This document shows, in pieces, positions 45,072 through 56,458 of a stretch of DNA of 64,000 nucleotides (positions are counted from its first letter, which is position 1; every line of letters starts with the position of its first letter). The notes below the pieces were generated by a model. That model saw only the letters and a list, made by a program, of their open reading frames with translations. It was not told the origin of the DNA and did no database searches. Both the position numbers and the translations under genes were made by a program. The stretch comes from Candidatus Dormiibacterota bacterium (lineage in GTDB: Bacteria > Chloroflexota > Dormibacteria > Aeolococcales > Aeolococcaceae): positions 9,948-73,947 of the forward strand of contig JAFARE010000003.1 in the NCBI GenBank assembly GCA_019245575.1. Reading direction: 5' to 3'.

Positions 45072-45848
45072 TCAGGCGCCGGCTGGGGGCGCCTCGGGCG
45101 CCGCACGGCGGCTCCGCCGCCGCCGCCGAGGCCGGGCCGGCGTGGCGCCGTTGCCGTTGGCGTCCATCCCGAAGCGCAGCTGGGGAGGCTGGCCGAAGGC
45201 GAGAAGGTCGCCGAGGGTGCGCCAGCCGAACTTCTCGCGGCCGAGATGGAGCAGCGCGAGGAAGGTCGCCGCCGTGGCCTCCGCGTCGGCGAGCGCGTGA
45301 TGCGGCCGCCGGTGTGTCACGCCGAGCTCCTTGCAGAGCCGCTCCAGGCCGATCGTGTCCTTCAGCCCCCAGATCGCTGCGGCCAGCCGCGTCGTGTCGA
45401 CGTTGTCCGCGTTGAGGTCGCTGCCGACTGTGCGCGTGATCAAACGGGTGTCGAACGCATCCGCGCTGTGCTCGACGAGCACGGAGCCTTCGACGAAGCG
45501 GCGGAATCGGGACACCACGCGAGACACAGGCGGAGCGCCGTGCAGCGTCTCCGGCCCGATGCCGTGGATGCGCCGCGCATATGGGTTGATGCGATCGTTG
45601 CTGTGCACCAGCGTCTCGAAGCTCATCAGGTGGCGGTCGACCGTGAACGCGACGGCGCCCAGCTCCACCAGGTGGTGAGGCGACTGCCCGGTCGTCTCGC
45701 AGTCGAGCGCGACGAAGCGCAGCTCTTCGATGGGCGTGGCGGGTGCCGGCCGCTCGCGGGGCGCTCCCTCGGCGGGGTCGTCGATGGCGGCAAAGGGCTC
45801 ATCCTCGGCCGGACCGAGTCGCGAGACGAAGGTGTCACCCACGGGCAC
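45072..45848 (-). CDS. DEDDh 3'-5' exonuclease (DnaQ/epsilon-like)
   Basis: 'FVALDCETTG' (Exo I), 'LVEHSADAFD' (Exo II) and 'HHALADAEA' (Exo III). The start is uncertain. I chose GTG 45848 because the track extension to 46034 has low third-position GC and contains the hemA -10-like element. Confidence 0.7.
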   Translation of the reverse strand: MPVGDTFVSRLGPAEDEPFAAIDDPAEGAPRERPAPATPIEELRFVALDCETTGQSPHHLVELGAVAFTVDRHLMSFETLVHSNDRINPYARRIHGIGPETLHGAPPVSRVVSRFRRFVEGSVLVEHSADAFDTRLITRTVGSDLNADNVDTTRLAAAIWGLKDTIGLERLCKELGVTHRRPHHALADAEATAATFLALLHLGREKFGWRTLGDLLAFGQPPQLRFGMDANGNGATPARPRRRRRSRRAAPEAPPAGA

Positions 45849-46021
45849 CCGGCCGCGACGCCGTCCATAGCGCGGCCGTTTGGTGGACGTCCGCGGCGCA
45901 GACCCAGCCTCTGTGTCAGGCGCCAATGTGCCGTCCCGAGCCGCGGTCAGGCAATGCGGTGAAGCCTCATGCCCAGCAATCGTACCGACATCGGTCGGGG
46001 CGGTTGAAACGAACGCGTACC

Positions 46022-46027
46022 TATACT
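46022..46027 (+). promoter_or_regulatory. -10-like TATACT upstream of hemA
   Basis: An A/T hexamer conspicuous in GC-rich DNA, 43 nt before the hemA ATG. No convincing -35 element. Confidence 0.3.
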
Positions 46028-46069
46028 GAGGCACCGCATGCCGATGGCTCCGCGCGGGTTGGTCTCCCG

Positions 46070-47383
46070 ATGATGCGCGTGGTCGCCGCCGGCCTCAGCC
46101 ATCGCACCGCGCCGCTCGCGGTGCGGGAGGCTGCGGCGGTGCCTGTGGAACAAGCGCGCACCGTGCTGCGCTATCTCGTGGGCCACGCCGGCTTCAGCGC
46201 CGCAGCGGTGCTGTCGACGTGCAACCGCACCGAGTTCTACGTGACGTGCGCCGAGCCCGACGTCGCCGACGTCGTGCCGCGCCTCGCTCCGTACCTCGAC
46301 GCGGGCGGTGATCACGACGTCCTGCCGTTTCTCACGCAGGCGTCCGGACGTGACGCTGTTGAGCACCTCTTCCGCATCGCTGCGGGCCTGGAGAGCATGG
46401 TCGTGGGCGAGACCCAGGTGCTCGGCCAGCTGAAGGACGCGCACGAGCTGGCCCGCAGCGCCGGCACGCTGGACGCGCGCCTCGACTTCGTGCTGCGGCG
46501 CGCCATCTCCGTGGGCAAGCAGGTTCACACCGACACCGGGCTGGGCCGCGGCGCAAGCAACCTGAGTGATGCGGCTGTCGCGTGCGCCCGAACGACCGCA
46601 GGGGATCTCCGCGGGCGCGGTGTGCTGCTCCTGGGCGCGGGAGTGATGAGCACGCTGGCGGCGCGCACGCTGCGTGAGATGGGGGCGCACATCATGGTGT
46701 CCTCGCGCGGCGAGTCGCGGCAGACGCTTGCAACCGCGTTCGACGGCGAAGCGGTGGCGCTGGACGCGCTCGTCGAGGCCGCGGAGCGCATCGACGCGAT
46801 CATCGCGTGCACGGCGAGTGGCGAGACGGTGCTCGACGCGCCCACCGTTGCCGCCATGCAGCGGCGGCGCGCGCACCGCCCGCTGAGCATCGTCGACATC
46901 GCCGTGCCGCGTGACGTCGATGCAGCTGCCGCCGTCATCGACGGCGTCACGCTCATCGACATCGACGAGCTCGGGCGGCGCCTCGACTCGCACATGCTCG
47001 CGCGCCGCGACGCGGTGGCAGCCGCAGAGCGCGTAATCGAGACGGAGCTGCGCCGCACCATGACGGTCATCGGCCAGCGCGACGCGGCGGGGCCCACCAT
47101 CTCCGCGCTCAACCGCCGCGCGGAGGCACTGCGGCGTCGTGAGGTGGAGCGCGCAATCGCGCGCGCACCGCACCTGGACGTCGACGCGCGGGAGCGCATC
47201 GACATGCTGACGTCGAGCCTGGTGCGCAAGCTGCTGCACGGACCGATCACGCACCTGCGGGAAACGGTCGACGACCCCAGCGTGGCGCTCACCATCCGCC
47301 AGGCGTTCGACCTGGACGACCACGAGCTCAAGGGCTCGCCCGCGCCGCACGCTGTGAGCCCCGGCGCCGCGCGCCGGGCATGA
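46070..47383 (+). CDS. hemA: glutamyl-tRNA reductase
   Basis: 'GLSHRTAPLAVRE' and 'LSTCNRTEFY' (catalytic Cys), with an NADPH domain 'VLLLGAGVMS'. Confidence 0.9.
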   Translation: MMRVVAAGLSHRTAPLAVREAAAVPVEQARTVLRYLVGHAGFSAAAVLSTCNRTEFYVTCAEPDVADVVPRLAPYLDAGGDHDVLPFLTQASGRDAVEHLFRIAAGLESMVVGETQVLGQLKDAHELARSAGTLDARLDFVLRRAISVGKQVHTDTGLGRGASNLSDAAVACARTTAGDLRGRGVLLLGAGVMSTLAARTLREMGAHIMVSSRGESRQTLATAFDGEAVALDALVEAAERIDAIIACTASGETVLDAPTVAAMQRRRAHRPLSIVDIAVPRDVDAAAAVIDGVTLIDIDELGRRLDSHMLARRDAVAAAERVIETELRRTMTVIGQRDAAGPTISALNRRAEALRRREVERAIARAPHLDVDARERIDMLTSSLVRKLLHGPITHLRETVDDPSVALTIRQAFDLDDHELKGSPAPHAVSPGAARRA

Positions 47384-48264
47384 GCGCGGCCGCGGGCGCG
47401 GCCGTCCTGCGTCTGGCCACGAGGGGCAGCGCGCTGGCGCGCGCGCAGGCCGCGCTGGCAGCCGACGCGCTGCAGCGCGCGACGGGCCGCGAGTGTGAGC
47501 TCGTGGTGGTGCGCACCACGGGCGACCGCCGCGGCGACGTGCCGCTCGGCCGGCTCGAGGGGCAGGGCTGGTTCACCGCGGAGCTGGAGCGCGCGCTGCT
47601 CGACGGTGCGGCCGACGTCGCGGTGCACAGCGCGAAGGACCTGCCCACGACAGCCACCCCCGGGCTCTTGGTGGCCGCTCATCTCCCGCGCGCCGACCCG
47701 CGCGACGGTGCGGTGACCCGCGACGGGCGCGCGCTGGCCGAATTGCCCGCCGGCGCCGTCGTCGCAACCAGCAGCGCCCGGCGGGTGGCACTGCTTCAGG
47801 CGCAGTTTCCGCAAATCAGAACGGCGCCGATCCGCGGCAACGTGGACACCCGCCTGCGCAAGCTGGACCGCGGAGAGGTGGACGCGCTGCTGGTGGCCTG
47901 CGCGGGGTTGGACCGTCTCGGGTTGGGAGAGCGCCTGCAGCGGCTCGACGCCGAGGTGTTCGTGCCCGCGCCGGCCCAGGGCGCGATCGCGCTGCAGTGC
48001 CGCGCCCAGTCGGAGCCGGCGGAGCTGTGCGCCGGTCTCGACGACGCCGACACGGCCGCCGCGGTCACCGCCGAGCGGACCACGCTCGCCGCGCTCGGCG
48101 GCGGCTGCCTGCTGCCCCTGGGCGCGTGGGCCCGCGTCGACGGTGGCGCGCTGCGCCTGACCGCGGCGCTGCACGACGGCGCTGCCCTGCGCCGGGCTGA
48201 ATCGAGAGGTGACCGCTCGGACCCCGAGGCGCTGGGCCGCGCGGTGGCCGAGGCGCTGCGGTGA
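47380..48264 (+). CDS. hemC: hydroxymethylbilane synthase (porphobilinogen deaminase)
   Basis: 'LRLATRGSALARAQA', 'AVHSAKDLPT', 'IRGNVDTRLRKL' and 'LGGGCLLPLGA' (cofactor Cys). Confidence 0.9.
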   Translation: MSAAAGAAVLRLATRGSALARAQAALAADALQRATGRECELVVVRTTGDRRGDVPLGRLEGQGWFTAELERALLDGAADVAVHSAKDLPTTATPGLLVAAHLPRADPRDGAVTRDGRALAELPAGAVVATSSARRVALLQAQFPQIRTAPIRGNVDTRLRKLDRGEVDALLVACAGLDRLGLGERLQRLDAEVFVPAPAQGAIALQCRAQSEPAELCAGLDDADTAAAVTAERTTLAALGGGCLLPLGAWARVDGGALRLTAALHDGAALRRAESRGDRSDPEALGRAVAEALR

Positions 48265-49037
48265 GCGGCCCGCTCCAGGGGCGGCGAGTGCTCGTCACCC
48301 GGACCCGCGAGCGCGCCGCCGGGTTGGTCGACCGGCTCCACGCGTGTGGCGCTGAGGCGGTGGTGGTGCCCCTGATCGCCACCGTCGTGATCGCCACTCC
48401 GGAGGCGATCGCCGCCGAGGCCGCGCGGCTGGCGTCGGCCCAGGGAGCGCGGTGGGCCGCCTTCACCAGCGCCACCGCGGTCCGGCTGGTGATGGGCGTG
48501 GTCGAGCCCGCGGCGATGGCGGGCGTGCGCTTGGCGGCAGTGGGCGACGAGACTGCGAGAGCGCTGCGCGAGCGCGGCCACGAGCCGTCGCTGGTGCCCG
48601 CGGACGCGAGCGCCGCGGGGCTGGCCCGCGCGTTGCGCGAACGCGGAGCGCACGGAGCCACGGTGTGGTTTCCGGCTGCCGAGGGTGCCGGCCCCGCTCT
48701 CGAGCGCGCGCTGTCCGCCGCCGGGGCGCGCGTGTGGCGCCAGAACGTCTATCGCAGCGAGATGCCCGCGGGCGCGCCGCAACGGCTGTGGGCGGCGCTG
48801 GACCGCCCGGTGGACGCGGTGACGCTGACCAGCGGCAGCACTGCGCGCAACCTGTTGATCGCGCTCGAGGGCCGGGCATTGGACCCCGCGGTACTGATTG
48901 CTTGCATCGGCGAGACGACCGCGCGGCAGGCGCGCGCAGCCGGCCTCACGAATGTCGCGGCCGCCGCTGAGCCGAGCGCCGAGGCGCTGGTGGGCCTGCT
49001 GCGCGCGCGGCTCGGCGCAGCGCAGCCGCTACCCTGA
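48261..49037 (+). CDS. hemD: uroporphyrinogen-III synthase
   Basis: 258 aa with 'GRRVLVTRTRERA', 'AAFTSATAV' and 'VTLTSGSTARNL'. It sits between hemC and hemB, and its start overlaps the hemC stop. Confidence 0.8.
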   Translation: MSGPLQGRRVLVTRTRERAAGLVDRLHACGAEAVVVPLIATVVIATPEAIAAEAARLASAQGARWAAFTSATAVRLVMGVVEPAAMAGVRLAAVGDETARALRERGHEPSLVPADASAAGLARALRERGAHGATVWFPAAEGAGPALERALSAAGARVWRQNVYRSEMPAGAPQRLWAALDRPVDAVTLTSGSTARNLLIALEGRALDPAVLIACIGETTARQARAAGLTNVAAAAEPSAEALVGLLRARLGAAQPLP

Positions 49038-49044
49038 CCCGCAC

Positions 49045-50031
49045 ATGCCCTTTCCCCTGGAGCGGCCGCGCCGCTTGCGCCGCACGCCGGCGCTGCGCCG
49101 CCTGGTCAGCGAGACGTCGCTCGCACCGAGCGATTTGATCCTGCCGCTGTTCGTCAACGAGTCGCTGCCGGCGCCGCGGCCCATCACGTCACTCCCCGGC
49201 CATCGCCACGAGACGGTGGAGTCGGCGTGCGATGTCATCGAGTCGGCAGTTCACGCCGGGTGCGGAGCGGTCCTGCTCTTCGGGCTCCCCGCTGAGAAGG
49301 ACGCCGAGGGCTCGGGCGCGTGGTCCGACGATGGCGCCGTGCAGCAGACCCTGCGCGCGGCGCGCGCGCGGTTCGGCGGCAGCGTCGTCCTCATCGCGGA
49401 CTGCTGCCTCTGCGAGTACACGGACCATGGCCACTGCGGCGTGCTCAGCGATGGCGCCGTCGACAACGACGCCACGCTGGAGCTCTACGCGCGCACCGCG
49501 GTGAGCCAGGCCGCGGCGGGCGCGGACGTGGTCGCGCCCAGCGGCATGATGGACGGCCAGGTGGGCGCGATCCGCGAGGCGCTCGACGCAGCGGGCTTCG
49601 ACGACGTCGCGATCCTCGGCTACAGCGCGAAGTTCGCCTCGGTGATGTACGGCCCCTTCCGGGAGGCGGCCGAGTGCGCGCCGCAGGAGGGCGACCGCAG
49701 CGCATATCAGATGGACGCCGCCAACCAGCGCGAGGCGGTGCGTGAGGCATTGCTGGACATTCAGGAGGGCGCCGACATGATCATGGTCAAGCCGGCGCTG
49801 ACGTACCTCGATGTTGTGGCGAGGGTGCACGACGCCACCGACCTGCCCCTGGCCGCGTATTGCGTCAGCGGCGAGTACGCGATGGTGCGCCACGCCGCGG
49901 CCGCGGGCGCGTTCGACGAGTGCCGCGCGGTGCTGGAGACGCTGCGCGGCGTCCGCCGTGCCGGCGCCGACCTCGTGATCACATACCACGCGCTCGCCGC
50001 CGCCGGGTGGCTGCGCTCGGAGGGAGCATGA
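49045..50031 (+). CDS. hemB: porphobilinogen synthase (Zn-type)
   Basis: 'RPRRLRRTPALRRLV', the Cys-rich Zn site 'DCCLCEYTDHGHCG', and 'MVKPAL' (Schiff-base Lys). Confidence 0.9.
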   Translation: MPFPLERPRRLRRTPALRRLVSETSLAPSDLILPLFVNESLPAPRPITSLPGHRHETVESACDVIESAVHAGCGAVLLFGLPAEKDAEGSGAWSDDGAVQQTLRAARARFGGSVVLIADCCLCEYTDHGHCGVLSDGAVDNDATLELYARTAVSQAAAGADVVAPSGMMDGQVGAIREALDAAGFDDVAILGYSAKFASVMYGPFREAAECAPQEGDRSAYQMDAANQREAVREALLDIQEGADMIMVKPALTYLDVVARVHDATDLPLAAYCVSGEYAMVRHAAAAGAFDECRAVLETLRGVRRAGADLVITYHALAAAGWLRSEGA

Positions 50032-50806
50032 GCCAGCAGCCCGGTGGCATGTCCCGCGAGCGCCTCGCGTTCATCATCGGCACGGGAATCGTCGTCGTCG
50101 CCGCGGTGATCGCCATCGCGGTCGGTGTGAACAGCGCCGGCAACGCGGTGCCGCCGGGGGCATCCCCCAGCGCGACGGCCAGCGCGTCGTCATCGGCCTC
50201 GGCATCGCCGGCGCCGTCGCTCATCCCTCTGGCCGACTGCTCGACGGCGCAGTTCGGTGCGCCGCTGGCGCCGCTGAACCCGCCCGCGAACGTGCACACG
50301 TATGCGCAGGCGCCCGCCGTGTCCATCGACACGTCCAAGCTGTACGAGGCGACGATCACGACGTCGAAGGGCGCCATCGTGCTGTGCCTGCAACCCAGCC
50401 TGGCAACGTTCACGGTGAACAACTTCGTCACCCTGGCGCGCAACCATTTCTATGACGGCATCCCGTTCCACCGCGTGGTCAACGGCTTCGTCATCCAGGG
50501 GGGCGACCCCAACTGCATCGGCAACGTGCCGGCGGCGCCCGCGTCGCCCACCGGTTCGTGCGGCCAGGGCGGCCCCGGCTATCAGTTCCCCGATGAGCCG
50601 GTGCACCAGAACTACACGTCCGGCTGCCTCGCGATGGCGAACAGCGGCCCCAACACCAACGGCTCGCAGTTCTTCATCTGCACCGCCAACGACACGACAC
50701 TGCCCAAGTCGTACAACATCTTCGGCCATGTGCAGTCGGGGATGGACGTGGCGCTGCGCATCGTGCAGGGCGACATCATGCAGTCGGTGACGGTCGCCGA
50801 GCAGCA

Positions 50807-50810
<4 letters not shown>
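50028..50810 (+). CDS. membrane-anchored cyclophilin-type peptidyl-prolyl isomerase
   Basis: The ATG overlaps the hemB stop. N-terminal TM helix, then 'FHRVVNGFVIQGGDP' and 'LAMANSGPNTNGSQFFI'. Confidence 0.85.
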
Positions 50811-52105
<1,295 letters not shown>

Positions 52106-52127
52106 CGACGGTGCTAGACTGACGTCG

Positions 52128-52427
52128 ATGTCCTTTGTCGGTGGCCATTGGTGGCTCATCCTGATAGTCCTCGTCATCGTCCTCATCATCTGGGGACCGG
52201 GCAAGCTGCCCGACGTCGGCGCCGGCATGGGCCGCGCGATCCGCGAGTTTCGGAAAGCTTCGTCTGAAACGCGCGACACCTTCATGAACGCGACGAATGC
52301 GCCCGTCAATGACCCCGGGCCACCGCCGCCGCCGGCGCTGCCGCAGCCTCCGCCCCCGGCCGCACCCCTGCCGCCGGAGCACCATCAGGCCAGCGGGGCG
52401 CCGCCGCAAGCGCCTGTCTCTCACTGA
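52128..52427 (+). CDS. tatA: twin-arginine translocase subunit TatA/E
   Basis: 'WWLILIVLVIVLIIWGPGKLPDVGAGMGRAIREFRKA', followed by a Pro-rich tail. Confidence 0.85.
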   Translation: MSFVGGHWWLILIVLVIVLIIWGPGKLPDVGAGMGRAIREFRKASSETRDTFMNATNAPVNDPGPPPPPALPQPPPPAAPLPPEHHQASGAPPQAPVSH

Positions 52428-52473
52428 CGCGCGGGGCCGGGGCGTGACACCCGGGTAGGAGGGTCATCGAGCG

Positions 52474-53217
52474 GTGCAGGGTGTGGCCAACGACGAGCGG
52501 CGCATGACCATCGTGGAGCACCTCGAGGAGCTCCGCAAAGTCCTGATCATCGCGTTCGGCGCGTGGCTCGCCGGTACGATCGTCGCCTTCATCTTCAACG
52601 GCTTCGTGCTCGGCCTCCTGCTGCGGCCCTTGAAGCTGATCCTGGCGAACTCGCACAACATCGTCAGCACCGCGATCTTCACGAGCCCCACCGAGGGCCT
52701 GACCGTCCCCATCAAGATCGCGGCCATCGTCGGGTTCATCCTGGCGCTGCCCATCATCCTGTGGCAGACGTGGTCGTTCGTGGCGCCGGGACTGCGCCCC
52801 GTGGAGCGCAAGTTCGTCGGTCCCTTCATCGGGTCGGCGCTCTTCCTCTTCGCCTGCGGGGCGGCGTTCGCCTACTTCGTGATGCCGATCGGCCTGAGCT
52901 TCCTGGCCAACTTCCTCGGCGGCAACGCCATCTACTTTCCGGACATCGACCAGTACCTCAGCTTCTTCCTGCTCCTGGTGCTGGTGTTCGGCGTGACCTT
53001 CGAGCTGCCCGTCGTGCTCGTGCTGCTCGGCTTGCTGCGCATCATCTCCTCGCAGTGGCTGCGCAAGCGGCGCCGGGGCGCGTACGTGATCATCATCCTG
53101 GCGGCGCTCGTCGTCACGCCCGGGGCGGACCCGTTCACCCCGACCGCGCTTGCAATCCCGCTCCTGCTTCTGTATGAAGCATCGATTCTCGTGCTGAAGC
53201 GGGTGTTCAAGCGCTGA
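52474..53217 (+). CDS. tatC: twin-arginine translocase subunit TatC
   Basis: 'MTIVEHLEELRKVLI', six TM helices and 'FELPVVLVLLG'. The GTG at 52474 is preceded by GGAGGG. ATG 52507 is an alternative start. Confidence 0.9.
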   Translation: MQGVANDERRMTIVEHLEELRKVLIIAFGAWLAGTIVAFIFNGFVLGLLLRPLKLILANSHNIVSTAIFTSPTEGLTVPIKIAAIVGFILALPIILWQTWSFVAPGLRPVERKFVGPFIGSALFLFACGAAFAYFVMPIGLSFLANFLGGNAIYFPDIDQYLSFFLLLVLVFGVTFELPVVLVLLGLLRIISSQWLRKRRRGAYVIIILAALVVTPGADPFTPTALAIPLLLLYEASILVLKRVFKR

Positions 53218-53939
53218 TGCGTCCGGACGGACGCGCGCCCGACGAGATGCGGCCCGTGCGCATCGAGCTGCATCCGCTTCCGTATGCCGAGGGCAGCGCG
53301 ATGATCTCGATGGGGCAGACGCGAGTCCTGTGCACGGCCAGCGTGGAGGAGCGGATCCCGCAGTTTCGCAAGGGGAGCGGACGCGGCTGGGTGACGGCCG
53401 AGTACTCGATGCTGCCGCGCAGCACGCAGACGCGCACCGAGCGGGACGGGCGCCGCGGCCGCGTCGACGGCCGGGTGCAGGAGATCCAGCGGCTCATCGG
53501 CCGCAGCCTCCGCGCGGCGGTGAACTTCGACGCGCTGGGCGAGCGCAGCGTGATCATCGACTGCGACGTGCTCGTGGCCGATGGCGGCACGCGCACCGCG
53601 GCCATCACGGGTGGGTACGTCGCGCTGGCGCTGGCGGTCGCGCGCATGCGCGCAGCCGGCGTGCTGACGGGTGAGGCGCTGCGCTGGCCGGTGGCGGCGG
53701 TGAGCGCGGGCATCGTCGGGGGCGAAGCGCGCCTCGACCTGGCGTACCTGGAGGACGCCGCGGCCGCCACCGACATGAACTGCGTGGCCGCGGGCGACGG
53801 CCGCTTCATCGAGCTGCAGGGGTCGGCCGAGCAGGAGCCCTTCTCGCGCGACGAGATGGAGCGCCTGCTCACGCTCGCCTCGGCCGGCCTGCGCGGCCTC
53901 TTCGAGGCCCAGCAGGAAGCACTCGCCGCCGCCGGGTGA
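53217..53939 (+). CDS. rph: ribonuclease PH
   Basis: 'RPDGRAPDEMRPV', 'GWVTAEYSMLPRST' and 'DCDVLVADGGTRTAAITG'. Confidence 0.9.
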   Translation: MRPDGRAPDEMRPVRIELHPLPYAEGSAMISMGQTRVLCTASVEERIPQFRKGSGRGWVTAEYSMLPRSTQTRTERDGRRGRVDGRVQEIQRLIGRSLRAAVNFDALGERSVIIDCDVLVADGGTRTAAITGGYVALALAVARMRAAGVLTGEALRWPVAAVSAGIVGGEARLDLAYLEDAAAATDMNCVAAGDGRFIELQGSAEQEPFSRDEMERLLTLASAGLRGLFEAQQEALAAAG

Positions 53940-54568
53940 CGGCCGCCCCGCCGAGCGACGCGCTGCCCGCGCCCCGTCTCGTCGTGGCCACGCGCAACCC
54001 GGGCAAGGTGCGCGAGCTGCGCCGCCTGCTCGGCGCACACAGCCTCCGTGTGCTCTCGCTGGACGACGCCGGGTTTCGCGGCGAGCTCGACGAGCCAGGA
54101 CCGGGCTACGTCGAGAACGCGCTGGCCAAGGCGGTCACGGTCGCAACCGCGACGGGCCTGCCCACGCTCGCGGACGACAGCGGCATCGAGGTCGACGCCC
54201 TGCGGGGCTGGCCGGGGCCGAGGTCGGCGCGATGGATGCCCGGAAGCGATGAGGACCGCCTGCACGGGCTGCTGCGCGAGGTCGAGGAGCGGACGCCGGA
54301 TGACCGCCGGGCCCGCTACGTCTGCGTGATGGCCCTGGCGAACCCGCCCGCGGAGCCGGTGACCGCGCGGGGCGAGACGCTGGGCACGCTGGTCGAACCG
54401 CGTGGCACCGCAGGGTTCGGATACGACCCCGCGTTTCTCTCGGCCGATCTCGGCGTTCGCTTCGGCGAGGCGCCCGACGCGGACAAGGACCGCGTCTCGC
54501 ATCGCGCCCGGGCGCTGCGACGGCTCGAGGAAGCCGGCGTCCTCGACCTCGGCTCAGCGTACCGCTGA
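53936..54568 (+). CDS. rdgB: non-canonical purine NTP pyrophosphatase (RdgB/HAM1)
   Basis: 'LVVATRNPGKVRELRRLL', 'LADDSGIEVDAL' and 'GFGYDPAF'. The GTG overlaps the rph stop. Confidence 0.85.
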   Translation: MTAAPPSDALPAPRLVVATRNPGKVRELRRLLGAHSLRVLSLDDAGFRGELDEPGPGYVENALAKAVTVATATGLPTLADDSGIEVDALRGWPGPRSARWMPGSDEDRLHGLLREVEERTPDDRRARYVCVMALANPPAEPVTARGETLGTLVEPRGTAGFGYDPAFLSADLGVRFGEAPDADKDRVSHRARALRRLEEAGVLDLGSAYR

Positions 54569-54617
54569 GACGGTCGATTCCCCCGGGATCACGGGGATTT
54601 TGCCGCACAATCAACGC

Positions 54618-55424
54618 GTGCTCTCGGAACGCCCGTTGTCGCCCTCACGCAGCCCCGTGCCGCGCATTGCCCTCGCTCTTGGCGCGATCGTTGCGGCCGG
54701 GTTGATCGGGTATTTCGTGGCCGCGAGCCTGACGCACCTCGACGTGAGCCGCCTCAAGGCGGCGGCGGTGCCGAAGGCGGGCACGCCCGCCCCGCAGGAG
54801 ACGCCGCTGGCCGACCTGGGCCGCGCCGCGCTCGCGTCGGTGGTGACGGTGGAGGCGCAGCGCACCAACGACGAGGCGCTGGGGACGGGCTGGCTGCTCG
54901 ATGCGCACGGCGACTTCGTCACCAACGCGCACGTGGTCGAGGGCCAGCTGACCCTGCGCGTCACGGACCGGCACAACCGCGTGCACGTCGCCGTTGTAGT
55001 CGGAATTGACACAAACCAGGACATCGCGGTGGTGCGTTCCAGTGACGGCTTCAGCGGCACGCCGCTGCCGGTCGATGCCACGCCGCTGGCGTCGGTGCCG
55101 GAGGACGTGATCGCGCTGGCGTCGAGCCGGGCCACCGGGCAGGGCGACATGACACAGGAGCGGCTGACCCTGCTCCACCAGGACGTGCCGCTGCAGAGCG
55201 GCGAGGTGCAGCCCGGGACGAACGCGCCGTCCGTCTATCACGACATGCTGGAGCTGTCCGGCGCCCGCGTCTACCAGGGCAACAGCGGCGGCCCCCTGCT
55301 GGACGGCAGCGGGCGCGTGATCGGCATCATCACGCTGGCGAGCCCCAGCGGCGACGAGGCATTCGCCATCCCCGTCGCGCGCGTCCTGGACGAGCTGCAC
55401 CAGCTGGCGGCCCGGCCGGGGTGA
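54618..55424 (+). CDS. membrane-anchored trypsin-like (S1) serine protease, no PDZ
   Basis: TM anchor, then His 'FVTNAHVV', Asp 'NQDIAVVR' and Ser 'GNSGGPLLD'. The GTG start at 54618 is inferred. Confidence 0.75.
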   Translation: MLSERPLSPSRSPVPRIALALGAIVAAGLIGYFVAASLTHLDVSRLKAAAVPKAGTPAPQETPLADLGRAALASVVTVEAQRTNDEALGTGWLLDAHGDFVTNAHVVEGQLTLRVTDRHNRVHVAVVVGIDTNQDIAVVRSSDGFSGTPLPVDATPLASVPEDVIALASSRATGQGDMTQERLTLLHQDVPLQSGEVQPGTNAPSVYHDMLELSGARVYQGNSGGPLLDGSGRVIGIITLASPSGDEAFAIPVARVLDELHQLAARPG

Positions 55425-55461
55425 AGCGCGATGGCTTTGGGTACGCTCAGGTGAGGACGCC

Positions 55462-56454
55462 ATGAGCATGCAGGTGCGTGACTTCGACATCGTCATCGTG
55501 GGCGCCGGCCCGGCCGGCCTGACCGCCGCCCTCTACGCCGGCCGCAACAAGGAGCACGCGGTGCTTCTCGAGGGCAAGGCGCCGGGCGGCCAGCTGCTCA
55601 ACACCGAGCTGATCGAGGACTACCCGGGGATCGCGTCGATCCTCGGCGTCGACCTCGCCGAGATCATGACCAAGCAGGCCGCGGACTTCGGCACCGAGAT
55701 CGCATACGGCGCCGACGTGCAGAGCATCCACGTGCGTCCCGACGGCATGAAGGAGATCGAGACTACCGCCGGGCTGTACCGGGCGCCCGCGTTGATCCTC
55801 ACCGCGGGCGGCAACCCGCGCAAGCTGGATGTGCCCGGGGAGGCGGAGTTCGCGGGCCGCGGCGTGTCGTACTGCGCGGTGTGTGACGGCGCGTTCTTCA
55901 AGGAGGTGCACCTGGCCGTGGTGGGGGGCGGCGACGCCGCCGTGGAGGAGGCGGTGTTCCTCACGCGCTACGCGAGCAAGGTGACGATCATCCACCGGCG
56001 CGATCACTTCCGCGCGCAGCCGATCCTGATGGAGCAGGCGCGCACCAACCCCAAGATCGACTTCATCACCGACACCGTTGTGGAGTCGATTGAGGGCGAT
56101 GCAAGCGTGCAGCGCCTCGAGCTGCGCAACGTGGTCACAGGCGCGCAGTCGTCACTCGACGTGGGCGGCATCTTCATCTTCGTCGGCTTCATCCCCAACA
56201 CGAAGCTGGTGGATGCGCACGTCGACCACGACGCCGGCGGGTACTACGTGACCAACCCGATGACCATGATGACCAGCGTGCCCGGCATCTTCGCGGCCGG
56301 TGACGTGCGCAGCCAGCTCACGCGGCAGATCACGACCGCCGTGGGCGACGCCACCACCGCCACCATCGCGGCGAGCAAGTGGGTGGAGGAGTGGAAGCGC
56401 GGCCGTGAGGACTCCGAGGCGGAGCTGGAAGACGTGATGGTCAGCGGCGCCTGA
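55462..56454 (+). CDS. trxB: thioredoxin-disulfide reductase
   Basis: 'IVIVGAGPAGLTAALYA', redox 'CAVCDG', 'VVGGGDAAVEEA' and 'GIFAAGDV'. Confidence 0.9.
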   Translation: MSMQVRDFDIVIVGAGPAGLTAALYAGRNKEHAVLLEGKAPGGQLLNTELIEDYPGIASILGVDLAEIMTKQAADFGTEIAYGADVQSIHVRPDGMKEIETTAGLYRAPALILTAGGNPRKLDVPGEAEFAGRGVSYCAVCDGAFFKEVHLAVVGGGDAAVEEAVFLTRYASKVTIIHRRDHFRAQPILMEQARTNPKIDFITDTVVESIEGDASVQRLELRNVVTGAQSSLDVGGIFIFVGFIPNTKLVDAHVDHDAGGYYVTNPMTMMTSVPGIFAAGDVRSQLTRQITTAVGDATTATIAASKWVEEWKRGREDSEAELEDVMVSGA

Positions 56455-56458
56455 CGCC

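Noticed and set aside
45849-46034. N-terminal 62-codon extension of the exonuclease ORF.
   Set aside because: These codons show low third-position GC compared with the rest of the gene, encode an Arg-rich disordered sequence, and overlap the hemA upstream region with its TATACT element. The true start is probably internal, but this is unproven.
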